64,000 bases of DNA, from positions 3,369 through 67,368 of the forward strand of contig DBDU01000021.1 of NCBI GenBank assembly GCA_002293725.1. Reading direction: 5' to 3'. Made by a program: the position numbers and the translations under genes. Below the pieces are notes generated by a model. That model was given only the letters and a program-made list of their open reading frames with translations. It did no database searches and was not told the DNA's origin. Position 1 is the first letter of the stretch; each line of letters starts with the position of its first letter. This document shows positions 37,221 through 49,279 of the stretch, piece after piece. The stretch is from Patescibacteria group bacterium UBA924 (GTDB taxonomy: Bacteria > Patescibacteriota > Microgenomatia > UBA1400 > PJMF01).

Positions 37221-37248
37221 TTGTTCAATTGGTCGAAATACGTATAAT
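37221..37248 (+). promoter_or_regulatory. Sigma-70-like promoter of the ATP synthase operon.
   Basis: TTGTTC (37221-37226), a 16-nt spacer, then TATAAT (37243-37248), about 30 nt upstream of the atpB start. A perfect TTGACA also sits at about 37181. Confidence 0.45.
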
Positions 37249-37279
37249 TGCGGCGTATCTAGTTGTAAGAGAGAACAAT

Positions 37280-38248
37280 ATGGCTGCGAGCGGACCACAC
37301 ATCTCAATTTCTGCTGAACAATTATTTTCGGTTGGCGGACTTAATGTCACCAACTCAATGCTCACGAGCGTGATTGTCAGTGGCTTATTAATTGCATTTG
37401 CCCTGTGGGTGCGAATGTCACTGAAGCAAACGAATCGCCCAACAGGTGTTCAGAATGTCGCAGAATGGATTGTTGAGGGACTGACTAGCCTCGTTCACTC
37501 AGTAACGAACAATAAACAACGTACTGATCTTTTCTTCCCCGTAATTGCAACTTTCTTCTTATTCATCATTGCCAATAACTGGTTTGGATTATTACCAGGT
37601 GTGGGAACGATCATGGTTCATGGCCAAGGCGCGGCTGCCAACGAAGTCGTTCTTGCTCCATCAGGAGTAACTATTAAACACGCAGCTATGAAAGTTCAAG
37701 CTGCCGAACCAGTTTTGACCACACAAGAGCTTGATGAGCACGAGAGTGTAGCAGTAGAAAACGAAGATGGTGCCGTTCTTTATCAAGTGGAAAGTGAAAC
37801 TGAGGCCGTTGCTGATGCTCACGTTGAAGTTGGGGAAACTGAACATGCAGAGCTCGTTCCACTCTTCCGAGCAGGCACGGCAGACTTGAACATGACAATT
37901 GCACTGGGTTTGCTTTCCGTAGGCCTCGTTCAATACTACGGTCTTAAGTATCTCAAACTTGGTTACTTGAAGAAGTATATTAACTTCTCAAGTCCAATTT
38001 ATTTTGCAGTAGGTATTCTTGAAATCATCTTAGAAGCAGCTAAAGTAGTTTCCTTTGCTTTCCGTCTATTCGGAAACATCTTTGCTGGAGAAGTGCTACT
38101 GGCTGTTATTAGTTACATCGCAGCATTACTCGCTCCAATGCCATTCTATGGATTAGAGCTTTTCGTTGGCTTTATTCAAGCGTTAGTGTTCTCAATGTTG
38201 TCAGTTGTATTTTTTAACATGGCAACAATTAGTCATGATGAACACTAA
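37280..38248 (+). CDS. atpB: F0F1 ATP synthase subunit a, with a roughly 90-aa acidic insertion.
   Basis: Subunit-a TM helices and the conserved C-terminal region (LFGNIFAGEVLLAVI, essential Arg in LFVGFIQALVFSML context). An internal extra segment (VHGQG...ELVPLF) is rich in E/V/A. The start at ATG 37280 is chosen because the track start at 37229 lies within the promoter -10. Confidence 0.75.
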   Translation: MAASGPHISISAEQLFSVGGLNVTNSMLTSVIVSGLLIAFALWVRMSLKQTNRPTGVQNVAEWIVEGLTSLVHSVTNNKQRTDLFFPVIATFFLFIIANNWFGLLPGVGTIMVHGQGAAANEVVLAPSGVTIKHAAMKVQAAEPVLTTQELDEHESVAVENEDGAVLYQVESETEAVADAHVEVGETEHAELVPLFRAGTADLNMTIALGLLSVGLVQYYGLKYLKLGYLKKYINFSSPIYFAVGILEIILEAAKVVSFAFRLFGNIFAGEVLLAVISYIAALLAPMPFYGLELFVGFIQALVFSMLSVVFFNMATISHDEH

Positions 38249-38272
38249 AAAAATATAAGTAATGGAGGATTT

Positions 38273-38491
38273 ATGGGCACAGAATTTGCCGTCGCACTTG
38301 TAATGGGAGTAGGTACCATTGCACCAGGTATTGCTATTGGAATGATGGTTGCAAAAGGACTGGAAGCTATTGGTCGTAATCCAGATGCTGCAAGTAAAAT
38401 TCAGACAAACATGATCTTGGGTGTCGCTTTCGCTGAAGCTATTGCTATTTATGCTTTAGTGGTCGCATTGATTCTCAAGTTCGTAGCGTAA
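38273..38491 (+). CDS. atpE: F0F1 ATP synthase subunit c.
   Basis: 72-aa hairpin protein with conserved carboxylate in AFAEAIAIYALVVAL. Confidence 0.85.
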   Translation: MGTEFAVALVMGVGTIAPGIAIGMMVAKGLEAIGRNPDAASKIQTNMILGVAFAEAIAIYALVVALILKFVA

Positions 38492-38535
38492 TCGAAATAG
38501 AAAGGTGTTAGAGGAGTTCTTCTAACAGAGGGCTT

Positions 38536-39021
38536 ATGGACATTGAGCTTCCACAAATTTTGTTTCAAATCGTCAACTTTGGCGTTGTGGTTGGTGCGTT
38601 AAGCTTCTTGCTTTACAAACCAGTCAAGAAAATGCTTGAGGAACGGAGTAATCGTATTGAAGAAGCTCAAAAAGCAGCCGAGTCTACGCTGCTAGAGAAG
38701 AAGAGCCTCGACGAAACGAAGAAAAGATTGCTCTCAGAAGCAGAAAAAGACGCCCAGGCTATCGTCGATGAAGCAAAAAAAGATGCTAAACGCATTGAAA
38801 AAGACATCATCGCACAAGCCAAGCAAGTCGCCGCTGAAGAGATTGAAAAAGAAAAGAAACAGTTAGCTGACGAGTACAAAACTACCGTCAAACAACTTCG
38901 TCAAGCATTCGTGACCGAGGTTGCAGCAATGACTGAGAAAGTCTTAGGCGAAGCTGTTGATGAAAAAGTAATTGCAAAGAAACTGGATAAGGACATCGAC
39001 GCCGTCATCGCTAAGATCTAA
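38536..39021 (+). CDS. atpF: F0F1 ATP synthase subunit b.
   Basis: N-terminal TM helix then long charged coiled coil. Operon position between c and delta. Confidence 0.8.
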   Translation: MDIELPQILFQIVNFGVVVGALSFLLYKPVKKMLEERSNRIEEAQKAAESTLLEKKSLDETKKRLLSEAEKDAQAIVDEAKKDAKRIEKDIIAQAKQVAAEEIEKEKKQLADEYKTTVKQLRQAFVTEVAAMTEKVLGEAVDEKVIAKKLDKDIDAVIAKI

Positions 39022-39025
39022 ACGT

Positions 39026-39253
39026 ATGTCAAAAGTCACTATTACTACTGCGGTAAAGTTAAGTACAGCTCAGTTGAAGAAGTTAAGTACAGCCATCGAA
39101 GAAAAGTATGGCAAGTCAGACATTCAGACTGTAGTTGATACAAACATCTTAGGTGGCGTTATCGTCACTGTGGGGTCACATCAGTTTGATAACTCATATC
39201 GCAGCCGAGTAGAGGCAATCAAGCAACAGGTTAGTACAGCACTGGCAGAGTAA
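39026..39253 (+). CDS. atpH: F0F1 ATP synthase delta subunit, C-terminal domain only (76 aa).
   Basis: TAVKLSTAQLKKLSTAIEEKYGKSDIQTVVDTNILGGVIVTVGSHQFDNSYRSRVEAIKQQV aligns to the C-terminal roughly 70 residues of bacterial delta/OSCP. There is no room upstream (b stops at 39021) for the N-terminal domain. Confidence 0.6.
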   Translation: MSKVTITTAVKLSTAQLKKLSTAIEEKYGKSDIQTVVDTNILGGVIVTVGSHQFDNSYRSRVEAIKQQVSTALAE

Positions 39254-39257
39254 CTTC

Positions 39258-40774
39258 ATGAAAAAAAACGCATCTACCTTCAACATTTCTGAGCTGTTGG
39301 AAAAAGCCTCCACAGCAGTGAGCGAAACTGAGATCGGTCACATTACCTCTTTTGGTGATGGAGTCATTCAGGCTGACGGCCTCGACAATGTTCGGATGGG
39401 AGAGCTAATTGACTTGGGAGAAGGTGAGCTTGGTTTAACCTTAAACCTTAATCCTGACAAAGTTGGTATCGTGGCCCTAACTCGTGCTGCTCATTTAAAA
39501 CCAGGAAGTGTCGTTCGAAGTACCGGTCGGATTCTGTCCATTAATGTTTCCGACGATATTATTGGTCGCGTGGTTGACCCTACTGGCCAGGCAATTGATG
39601 GCGGACCAGCTATTCCACAAGGAAAGATGATGTTATTGGAGCGGATCGCTCCTGGTGTTATGAGTCGCCAGTCCGTTTCTGTTCCACTTCAGACAGGAAT
39701 TAAGGCTATCGACGCAATGATTCCAATCGGTCGTGGACAACGTGAGTTAATTATTGGTGACCGTGGAACTGGTAAGTCGGCTATTGCTATCGGCACCATC
39801 TTGAATCAAGCCGACCAAAATGTGATCTGTATTTACGTCGGTATTGGTCAAAAACAATCTACTTTAGCCCAAACAAAACAAATTCTCGAAGAGCGTGGGG
39901 CAATGTCGTACACCACCATTGTCAACGCCTCGGCTTCTGATCCAGCATCGATGCAGTTTCTAGCTCCATATGCAGGTATTGCTATTGCTGAGTACTTCTT
40001 AGACCAAGGCAAAGACGTCTTAATTATCTACGATGACTTAACCAAACACGCCCAAGCATACCGTGAGATCTCACTCTTGCTTCGTCGTCCTTCCGGCCGT
40101 GAAGCTTATCCCGGTGACGTCTTCTACTTACACTCTCGTTTACTCGAGCGCGCAGCTCGTTTAAATAAGAACTACGGGGGTGGTTCAATTACAGCATTAC
40201 CAGTTATCGAAACCCAAGGAAACGACGTTTCCGCTTTCGTGCCAACCAATGTTATTTCTATTACCGATGGTCAGATCTACTTAGAAACTGACTTGTTTAA
40301 CGCCGGTATGAAGCCAGCTATTAACGTCGGTTTGTCTGTCTCACGTGTCGGTTCTGCAGCACAGATCAAAGCGATGAAACAAGTAGCTGGAACTATGAAG
40401 TTGGACTTAGCTCAGTTCCGAGAACTGCAAGCATTTGCCCAGTTTAGCTCTGACCTCGATGATCGGACTAAAGCCCAACTTGACCGAGGAACTCGCGTCA
40501 ATGCTGTGCTCAAACAAGGTTGGGACACTCCGCTAAAGGTAGAAGAGCAAGTTGTCGTTATCTACGCTGCTGTAAACGGATATCTTGATCCAGTACAAGA
40601 GAAGTTCTTAGGAGACTGGGAGCGAGAGTATCTTGAGTATATTAAAGATCAAGCTTCCGAAATTTTGACCAGCATTCGCGCTGAACAGAAGATCACCGAC
40701 GACACGATTGAGAAATTAAAACAAGCAATTGAAGCATTTAATCGTCGACACTCTGAGTGGATGTTGGAGGCGTA

Positions 40775-40775
<1 letters not shown>
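39258..40775 (+). CDS. atpA: F0F1 ATP synthase alpha subunit.
   Basis: Walker A (GDRGTGKS) and the alpha signature region. 505 aa. Confidence 0.95.
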
Positions 40776-43046
<2,271 letters not shown>

Positions 43047-43082
43047 ACGTCTGTTTACTCGACTAGAGTTTGAACCTAGTAT

Positions 43083-43511
43083 ATGGAAAAAGAAGTACTC
43101 AACATCACCATCATCAGTCAAGAGCGTCAACTAGACACTGTTCAAGCTGATCAGATCACTGCTCCAACTACAGAAGGAGAGATCACCGTTCTACCTGGAC
43201 ACATTCCACTTTTCTCTCGTCTGCAAGCAGGTGAGTTGCGCTACAAAAGTGGAAGCGAAGAAACCTCTTTTGCCATTTCTAAAGGCTTCATTGACGTCGG
43301 ACCTGATAATCAGGTCACGGTCTTAGTAGACAGTGCGGTGGCCGCGCGTGAGATCAGTATGGAAAAAGCTGAGGCTGCTATGCGCGCCGCTCAGGAGACC
43401 ATGGCCCAAAGCCAGGATCAACGCGAGTTAATGATGGCCGAAGCCTCACTCAAAGCGGCATTACTGGAAATTAAGATCGCTCAGAAGACGCGCCAAGCGT
43501 CCCGAATGTAA
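43083..43511 (+). CDS. atpC: F0F1 ATP synthase epsilon subunit.
   Basis: 142 aa with a beta-sandwich N-terminus and helical C-terminus. It follows atpD in the operon. Confidence 0.8.
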   Translation: MEKEVLNITIISQERQLDTVQADQITAPTTEGEITVLPGHIPLFSRLQAGELRYKSGSEETSFAISKGFIDVGPDNQVTVLVDSAVAAREISMEKAEAAMRAAQETMAQSQDQRELMMAEASLKAALLEIKIAQKTRQASRM

Positions 43512-43673
43512 GACCTCGATACACCTTCAATACGCTTTGACTCCCAGACTAAGAATGCTAAACTCCAGTGATTGCTACAGAAGGTGTCAACAATTGAAAA
43601 TAATACTTTAAGGCTGTAGCATACAAAACAAGCCGAACGTTGGCTTTTTTTATTAGCAACGTAGAGGACATAT

Positions 43674-44159
43674 ATGACAACGAAAACTGCTCCTAAAACT
43701 CAGTTAACCCAAGAAGGGTATGATGAGATCGTTCGCGAGCTCAAAGAGTTAGAAGAGGTTAAGCTTCCAGAGGTGGTAAAGAGAGTAGAGACCGCCCGAG
43801 GCTACGGTGACTTAAGTGAAAACGCCGAGTACCATAGTGCCAAAGAAGACCAAGAACTAACCGAGACTCGTATCTCTGAGCTACAGGCTATCCTGCAAAA
43901 TGCAGTCATCGTCAGCTCATCAAACAAAACCGCTACGATTGGCATTGGCTGTACCGTTACTGTCAGTATTAAACGCGGGAAAGCCGTCAAGAAACAAACC
44001 TTTATTATTGTCGGTGAGTTCGAAGCAGATCCAAATGCTGGCAAGATCTCCAGTGCTTCACCCATCGGCATTGCTTTAACTGGCAAGAAAAAAGGTGATA
44101 GTGTTAAAGTCGAGACACCCGCTGGCGTCGTCGAGTACACTATCGTTGACGTAAAGTAA
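43674..44159 (+). CDS. greA: Transcription elongation factor GreA.
   Basis: N-terminal coiled coil with acidic tip (GDLSENAEYHSAKEDQ) and a C-terminal FKBP-like domain. Confidence 0.85.
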   Translation: MTTKTAPKTQLTQEGYDEIVRELKELEEVKLPEVVKRVETARGYGDLSENAEYHSAKEDQELTETRISELQAILQNAVIVSSSNKTATIGIGCTVTVSIKRGKAVKKQTFIIVGEFEADPNAGKISSASPIGIALTGKKKGDSVKVETPAGVVEYTIVDVK

Positions 44160-44176
44160 CTTTATCTTGAAATAAA

Positions 44177-44252
44177 AAAGCTGTAGGCTTTATCTCCTAC
44201 AGCTTTTTTGGATTAAAAAGCCGCCTGTGTAAACAAGCGGCTTTCTCTTTTT
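44177..44252. terminator. Two rho-independent terminator hairpins between convergent greA and lysS.
   Basis: AGCTGTAGG-ctttatct-CCTACAGCT followed by TTTTTT (44179-44210). AGCCGC-ctgtgtaaacaa-GCGGCT (44219-44246) is flanked by T-runs on both strands. Confidence 0.6.
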
Positions 44253-44266
44253 CACTCGAAAACTAC

Positions 44267-45754
44267 TTACTCAGCAGCAGCTTCACGATCTTCGGCTTCT
44301 GCATCTAACTCAGCTGCATTAACAACTGGCTTCATGGTTGGGAAGGCAATCTCGTCCGTAATAGAGTCAAGATCTAAGATAATCATCTTCATTCTATTCA
44401 TTCCCAAACCTAATCCACCTGCTGGAGGCATACCGTAACGCATTGACTCCAAAAAGGTCTCATCGATAGGATGAGCTTCCTCATCATCTTTACGCTCTGC
44501 CAACCAGAACTGCTCTTGAAGGACTGGGTCGTTCAACTCTGTATATGCATTACCAATCTCAATGCCGCAAATATAAGGCTCAAACCGCTCGATTAATGAT
44601 GGATCATCTCGATGTGGTTTACAGAGGGAAGTAGTCTCTTTGGGCATGTCTGTAACAAAAGTAGGCTGGACCAAATACTGCTCTACTGCACCAAAGAGCT
44701 TGGCAATCCCGAGACCTCTAATCCACTCACCTTTGTACTCTTCACCGTGTTCGACAATCGCAGCTTGAATCTCAGCATCAGACATCTGATCTACATCAAG
44801 ACCTAAGTACTCCAAGATTCCTTGCTTCATTGGTAAACGGCGCCAAGGTTGACTGAAATCAATGACGTGGCCGCGGAAAGTACACTCGGCTTTCCCATGG
44901 ATTTTGACACAAGCGTTGCGATAGATAACCTCGGTTAACGCCATCATATCGGTGTAGTCCCAAAAAGCACTGTAACACTCCATCATCGTGAACTCAGGGT
45001 TATGGGTCTTGTCTACGCCTTCGTTACGGAAGTTCTTGGCAATTTCATAGACTCGCTCGGTACCTCCCATTAAGAAGTACTTCAAATAAAGTTCTGGAGA
45101 GATACGCAAGTAGAGAGGGATGCCCCAAGCATTAATATAGGTGGTAAAAGGTCTTGCATTTGCACCACCGTACTGAGGCTGCATGACAGGTGTCTCTACT
45201 TCGTAGAAGCCGTAATCTTCTAATGTGTGTCTGACAGATGTTTGGATTAAAGAAGCTTTCTCAAAATTTGATCTGACTTCTGGGTTTGCCAACATGTCGA
45301 CGCTGCGTAAACGCAGACGAGTTTCTTTATTGGTCAGCTTGCGAGGAATCTCTTTGAGGGCTTTAGAGAGCATCTCAAAGTTCTTTGCTAAGACACTTTG
45401 CTCGCCACGTTGGGTTACATAACGAGTTCCATTTACACGAATAAAGTCACCTTTGCCGAAGTAGTTAATGAAATCTGGGTTCTCTGTTTCATCTACTTTA
45501 ATTACCACTTGTGCACGACCGGTTTGATCATGAACATCGATAAAAAAGATCTTGCCGTGACCACGAAGCGACATGATGCGGCCGGCAATCTGCACTTCTG
45601 ACCCTTCTGGCAGGGCAAGTGCTTCAGCATTGGTATGCGTTTTATGGCCATCTTGTGGATAGACGTTTACACCTTCATCAATTAACTTTTGGCGGACATT
45701 TTTACGATGCTCAAACTGATTCCCAGTGGGCTGTTCTTTTACATTACGTGCCAT
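44267..45754 (-). CDS. lysS: Lysyl-tRNA synthetase (class II).
   Basis: N-terminal OB-fold anticodon-binding domain, class II motifs 1-3 (FRNEG, GGLGLGMNRMKMIIL). 495 aa. Confidence 0.9.
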   Translation of the reverse strand: MARNVKEQPTGNQFEHRKNVRQKLIDEGVNVYPQDGHKTHTNAEALALPEGSEVQIAGRIMSLRGHGKIFFIDVHDQTGRAQVVIKVDETENPDFINYFGKGDFIRVNGTRYVTQRGEQSVLAKNFEMLSKALKEIPRKLTNKETRLRLRSVDMLANPEVRSNFEKASLIQTSVRHTLEDYGFYEVETPVMQPQYGGANARPFTTYINAWGIPLYLRISPELYLKYFLMGGTERVYEIAKNFRNEGVDKTHNPEFTMMECYSAFWDYTDMMALTEVIYRNACVKIHGKAECTFRGHVIDFSQPWRRLPMKQGILEYLGLDVDQMSDAEIQAAIVEHGEEYKGEWIRGLGIAKLFGAVEQYLVQPTFVTDMPKETTSLCKPHRDDPSLIERFEPYICGIEIGNAYTELNDPVLQEQFWLAERKDDEEAHPIDETFLESMRYGMPPAGGLGLGMNRMKMIILDLDSITDEIAFPTMKPVVNAAELDAEAEDREAAAE

Positions 45755-45758
45755 AGCT

Positions 45759-47201
45759 CTATTCCTTTACTACCTTAATTGTTTGTACTGATTCATCAAC
45801 CATCACTACCGTTAAAAGCTCCTTTGTCTTCTTGAGCTCTTTAAGATAGTTAATGTGCGCTGGTTGAATGACTTCACCTTTGACACAAAGGGGAATACCT
45901 GGCGGATACGGAACGACGTCTTCGGCAGCTACTCGGCCTTCGGCCTCTTGGATTGTAACAGATTCTTTCTCGGCTAACTTTGCCTGGAAAGAGTTCATCT
46001 TTTTCTTAATTAAATTTGGAAACTTAGGAAAGTGATTTGTCTGAGGCTTCATCTTCTTTATTTCTGTTTCAATTGCCGCCACTGTCTTTTCGACGTCTGC
46101 TTTGGTGTTCTGGAAAGTAACGATGAAAAGAACGTTATTGGCTTCGTACTTCTCAACAATAATTTGATACTTCTCTTCGAGTCTCTTGGCCAGTTCCATT
46201 CCTGAGAATCCTTCTAGGTGAACTAGCACCTTGGTAGCGTCAGAGTGGGCACAGTAGTTTTGGCGAAGATCTTCGCAATCGATAGCGGTTACTTTTTCTT
46301 TTAGCTTGGCAGAGGTATTAACCCGATCACGAAACGTCTCCGCGAGCTTTACTAATCTACTAATCGCCTCTTCACCCTCATGTTCCATAAAGTAGCGTGA
46401 GCCATCCAACGACGCCAACATATGGAAAGAGGGGCTAGTGGTCATTAAACTCTTGTATGAGTCTTTCAACCAAGTGACATCAATTCGTCCATCATTCCAG
46501 TGAATCATTGAAGTCTGCTGTAAACCGCTGCCTTGCTTATGGATGCTTTGAACACAGATATCAGCACCAGCCTTCATGGCACAAAGCGGCATTTCTTTAG
46601 AGAATGGAAAGTGAGCTCCCCAAGCTTCATCGATAAAAATAATAATATTCTTATCAAAAGCGCGAACAGTTTTGACCAATTTTTTCAGGTCAGTAGAGAG
46701 TCCTTCGTAGGTGGGGTTAGTGACTAGTAGCACGTTTGCTCGACTTCGCTTAAGCCCCTCCAGGACTTCTTCAATCGTATTCGGAGCAAAGATCTGCAGC
46801 GAGTCCACGTAGTGCGGATCTAAGTACTCTGTTTCAATCTGATAATCTTCAACGGCAACGCTAATCGACTTGTGAATGTTGCGCTGAGCCAACATCTTCA
46901 TCTTGGGACCCAACTGATTTTTTAAAGCTCGCAGCACCATGAAGTTGCTCCCAGTCGAGCCATTAACTCCAAACAAGGTGTGATCGGCACCATAGGCTTT
47001 GGCTGCCAACTCGTTAGCTTTCTTGAAAATCCCCGTGTTCATCGAGGGATTACCTAAACTGTGGTAGGAAATGGAGATGTCGTTTTCGTAAATGCCACGC
47101 ACACGAGGGACACTAGGATGAATAGAGGGCGTACACCAACGGGTGATCGTGCTATCGATCCCATTATTGAATACCGAAAGAAGCGGTAAATCTGTATTCA
47201 T
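45759..47201 (-). CDS. Orn/Lys/Arg decarboxylase family (PLP-dependent, fold I) enzyme.
   Basis: 480 aa. The PLP-lysine region (VQSIHKQGSGLQQTSMIHW, S-x-H-K) matches the OKR_DC_1 major domain. It sits 4 nt downstream of lysS. Confidence 0.75.
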   Translation of the reverse strand: MNTDLPLLSVFNNGIDSTITRWCTPSIHPSVPRVRGIYENDISISYHSLGNPSMNTGIFKKANELAAKAYGADHTLFGVNGSTGSNFMVLRALKNQLGPKMKMLAQRNIHKSISVAVEDYQIETEYLDPHYVDSLQIFAPNTIEEVLEGLKRSRANVLLVTNPTYEGLSTDLKKLVKTVRAFDKNIIIFIDEAWGAHFPFSKEMPLCAMKAGADICVQSIHKQGSGLQQTSMIHWNDGRIDVTWLKDSYKSLMTTSPSFHMLASLDGSRYFMEHEGEEAISRLVKLAETFRDRVNTSAKLKEKVTAIDCEDLRQNYCAHSDATKVLVHLEGFSGMELAKRLEEKYQIIVEKYEANNVLFIVTFQNTKADVEKTVAAIETEIKKMKPQTNHFPKFPNLIKKKMNSFQAKLAEKESVTIQEAEGRVAAEDVVPYPPGIPLCVKGEVIQPAHINYLKELKKTKELLTVVMVDESVQTIKVVKE

Positions 47202-47319
47202 AATACGAAGAATACTATTATGCTCTCACAACTTTCGCTATATTAATACTACAGTAATTAGATGTATAGTATCAAACATACTCAGAAAATGTCTTTTTTA
47301 GCTATCGATCGGAGGCAAG

Positions 47320-47850
47320 ATGACCCCCACCAGAGCTGAAGCCACCTCACTCATGGAGAAGCATATTACAAATGAGGCCCTTCGTCACCATAGTCGAATG
47401 GTTGGTACTGCCCTCGAAGCCTATGCCAAAAAACTAGGTGAAGATTCTGAACTCTGGTACATCACTGGGGTGTTACACGATGTCGATTGGGAGGAGTATC
47501 CAGACGAACATCCCAACAAGGCAGTTCAAGAGTGGCTGAATGATTATCCAGATAAGGTCAAAGAAGCAATTAAAGCGCATGCCCCTGAACGAACGGGTAA
47601 ACAGGCCGAGACTCCACTCGAAAGATATCTCTTTGCTAGCGACGAGCTCGCCGGGCTGATGCATGCCATCTCATTAATGCGACCCAATGGTTTTGCCGAC
47701 ATGGAAGTGAAGTCAGTCAAAAAGAAACTCAAGGACAAGTCGTTCGCAGCGAACGTCAATCGGGACGATATTGCAAAAGGCGCCGAGTTGATCGGCACGC
47801 CCATTGAAGATCACATCGCTTTCTTGATTGAGACATTTCGGGCAATGTAA
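47320..47850 (+). CDS. HD-domain phosphohydrolase.
   Basis: H...HD motif (LRHHSRMVGTALEAY...GVLHDVDWEEY). 176 aa. Confidence 0.6.
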   Translation: MTPTRAEATSLMEKHITNEALRHHSRMVGTALEAYAKKLGEDSELWYITGVLHDVDWEEYPDEHPNKAVQEWLNDYPDKVKEAIKAHAPERTGKQAETPLERYLFASDELAGLMHAISLMRPNGFADMEVKSVKKKLKDKSFAANVNRDDIAKGAELIGTPIEDHIAFLIETFRAM

Positions 47851-47889
47851 CTTTGAAACCCACAACCATCTCGACCTGCCTGGTATATA

Positions 47890-49173
47890 ATGGCTGCTAT
47901 GCTAGATATCAACTATATCCGCGAGCACGCGGCCGACCTTAAAACAGCTATTGCCAACAAGCAGCTGAATTCATCTATTGTGGATCAGGTCCTCTCCGCC
48001 GACGAACAACGCCGTGGGTTAATTGTGCAAGTTGAGACAGTCCGCCAACAGATTAACGAGAACACCAATGCCATCAAAAACTCAGAAACAAAACGTCCCA
48101 CTGAAGAACAGCTCCAACGTGGCCGCGAGTTAAAAGCCACTCTTCAAGATATTGAACCTCAACTTAAACAAGTGGAGGAAACGCTCCAGGACTATATGTA
48201 CCAGGTGGCTAATCCTCCTGCTGCCGATGTTCCAATTGGCAAAGATGAGTCAGACAACGAAGTAGTCAAACAAGTCGGGGAACAGACGTCATTTTCGTTT
48301 CAGCCTCAAGATCACGAAGAGCTGATGTTGGCGAATGATCTGTTAGATATCAAGCGCGCTGTCAGGATCGCGGGCTTTCGTGCCTACTTCCTGAAAAATG
48401 AAGCAGTGATGCTAGAACAAGCGCTCCTTCAACACGCTTTTCAGTTTCTCGCTCGAGAAGGCTTTACACCCATGACGGTTCCTTGGATGGTCAATAAAGA
48501 AGCCCTTTGGGGCACTGGCTACTTCCCTTGGGGGATCGAAGACCACTACACTACCCAAGATAACCAAGGGTTAATTGGCACTGCTGAAGTTTCTTTAACT
48601 GCTTATCGTCAGGATGAAGTCTTAAACGAGAAGGACCTCCCTTACAAAATGGTTGGTATCTCACCATGTTTCCGTCGCGAAGTCGGTTCTCATGGGAAAG
48701 ATGTCCACGGCATTATTCGTGTTCATCAGTTCACTAAAGTTGAGCAAGTCGTCTACACCGTGGCTGACGAAGATGTTACCAGAGAGTGGCATCAAAAAAT
48801 GATAGGCTACGCTGAACAGTTACTCCAGGATCTAGAACTACCTTACCAAGTGTTGTTAATGTGTACTGGTGACATGGGAGCGGGCCAGCGGAAGAAGTAC
48901 GACATTGAAACCTGGTTCCCAGCCCAACAAAAGTATCGCGAGACTCACTCGGCAAGTTACTTTAATGACTTCCAGGCCAGGAGATTAAATATTAAGTATC
49001 GAGCCAAGGATGGCTCAATGAAGCACGTCTATACACTGAATAACACCATGGCTGCATCTCCGCGCTTACTGGCCGCAGTGATTGAAAACTACCAAAACGA
49101 AGACGGATCGATTCGAGTTCCTAAGCTCCTCCAAGAAGCCATGGGAATGAATGTTATCTCTCGAAAAGCATAG
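47890..49173 (+). CDS. serS: Seryl-tRNA synthetase.
   Basis: N-terminal coiled-coil arm and class II catalytic core (FRREVGSHGKDVHGIIRVHQFTKVE). 427 aa. Confidence 0.9.
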   Translation: MAAMLDINYIREHAADLKTAIANKQLNSSIVDQVLSADEQRRGLIVQVETVRQQINENTNAIKNSETKRPTEEQLQRGRELKATLQDIEPQLKQVEETLQDYMYQVANPPAADVPIGKDESDNEVVKQVGEQTSFSFQPQDHEELMLANDLLDIKRAVRIAGFRAYFLKNEAVMLEQALLQHAFQFLAREGFTPMTVPWMVNKEALWGTGYFPWGIEDHYTTQDNQGLIGTAEVSLTAYRQDEVLNEKDLPYKMVGISPCFRREVGSHGKDVHGIIRVHQFTKVEQVVYTVADEDVTREWHQKMIGYAEQLLQDLELPYQVLLMCTGDMGAGQRKKYDIETWFPAQQKYRETHSASYFNDFQARRLNIKYRAKDGSMKHVYTLNNTMAASPRLLAAVIENYQNEDGSIRVPKLLQEAMGMNVISRKA

Positions 49174-49279
49174 TCAAAAAAAGCAACTAGGGTAAAATCA
49201 AACTCGTTTTCTCTCTAATCTTGCTTTTCCGACCGCTTTATCAGAGAATGCCACTGATCTGCTAATATGAGGACTTCTT

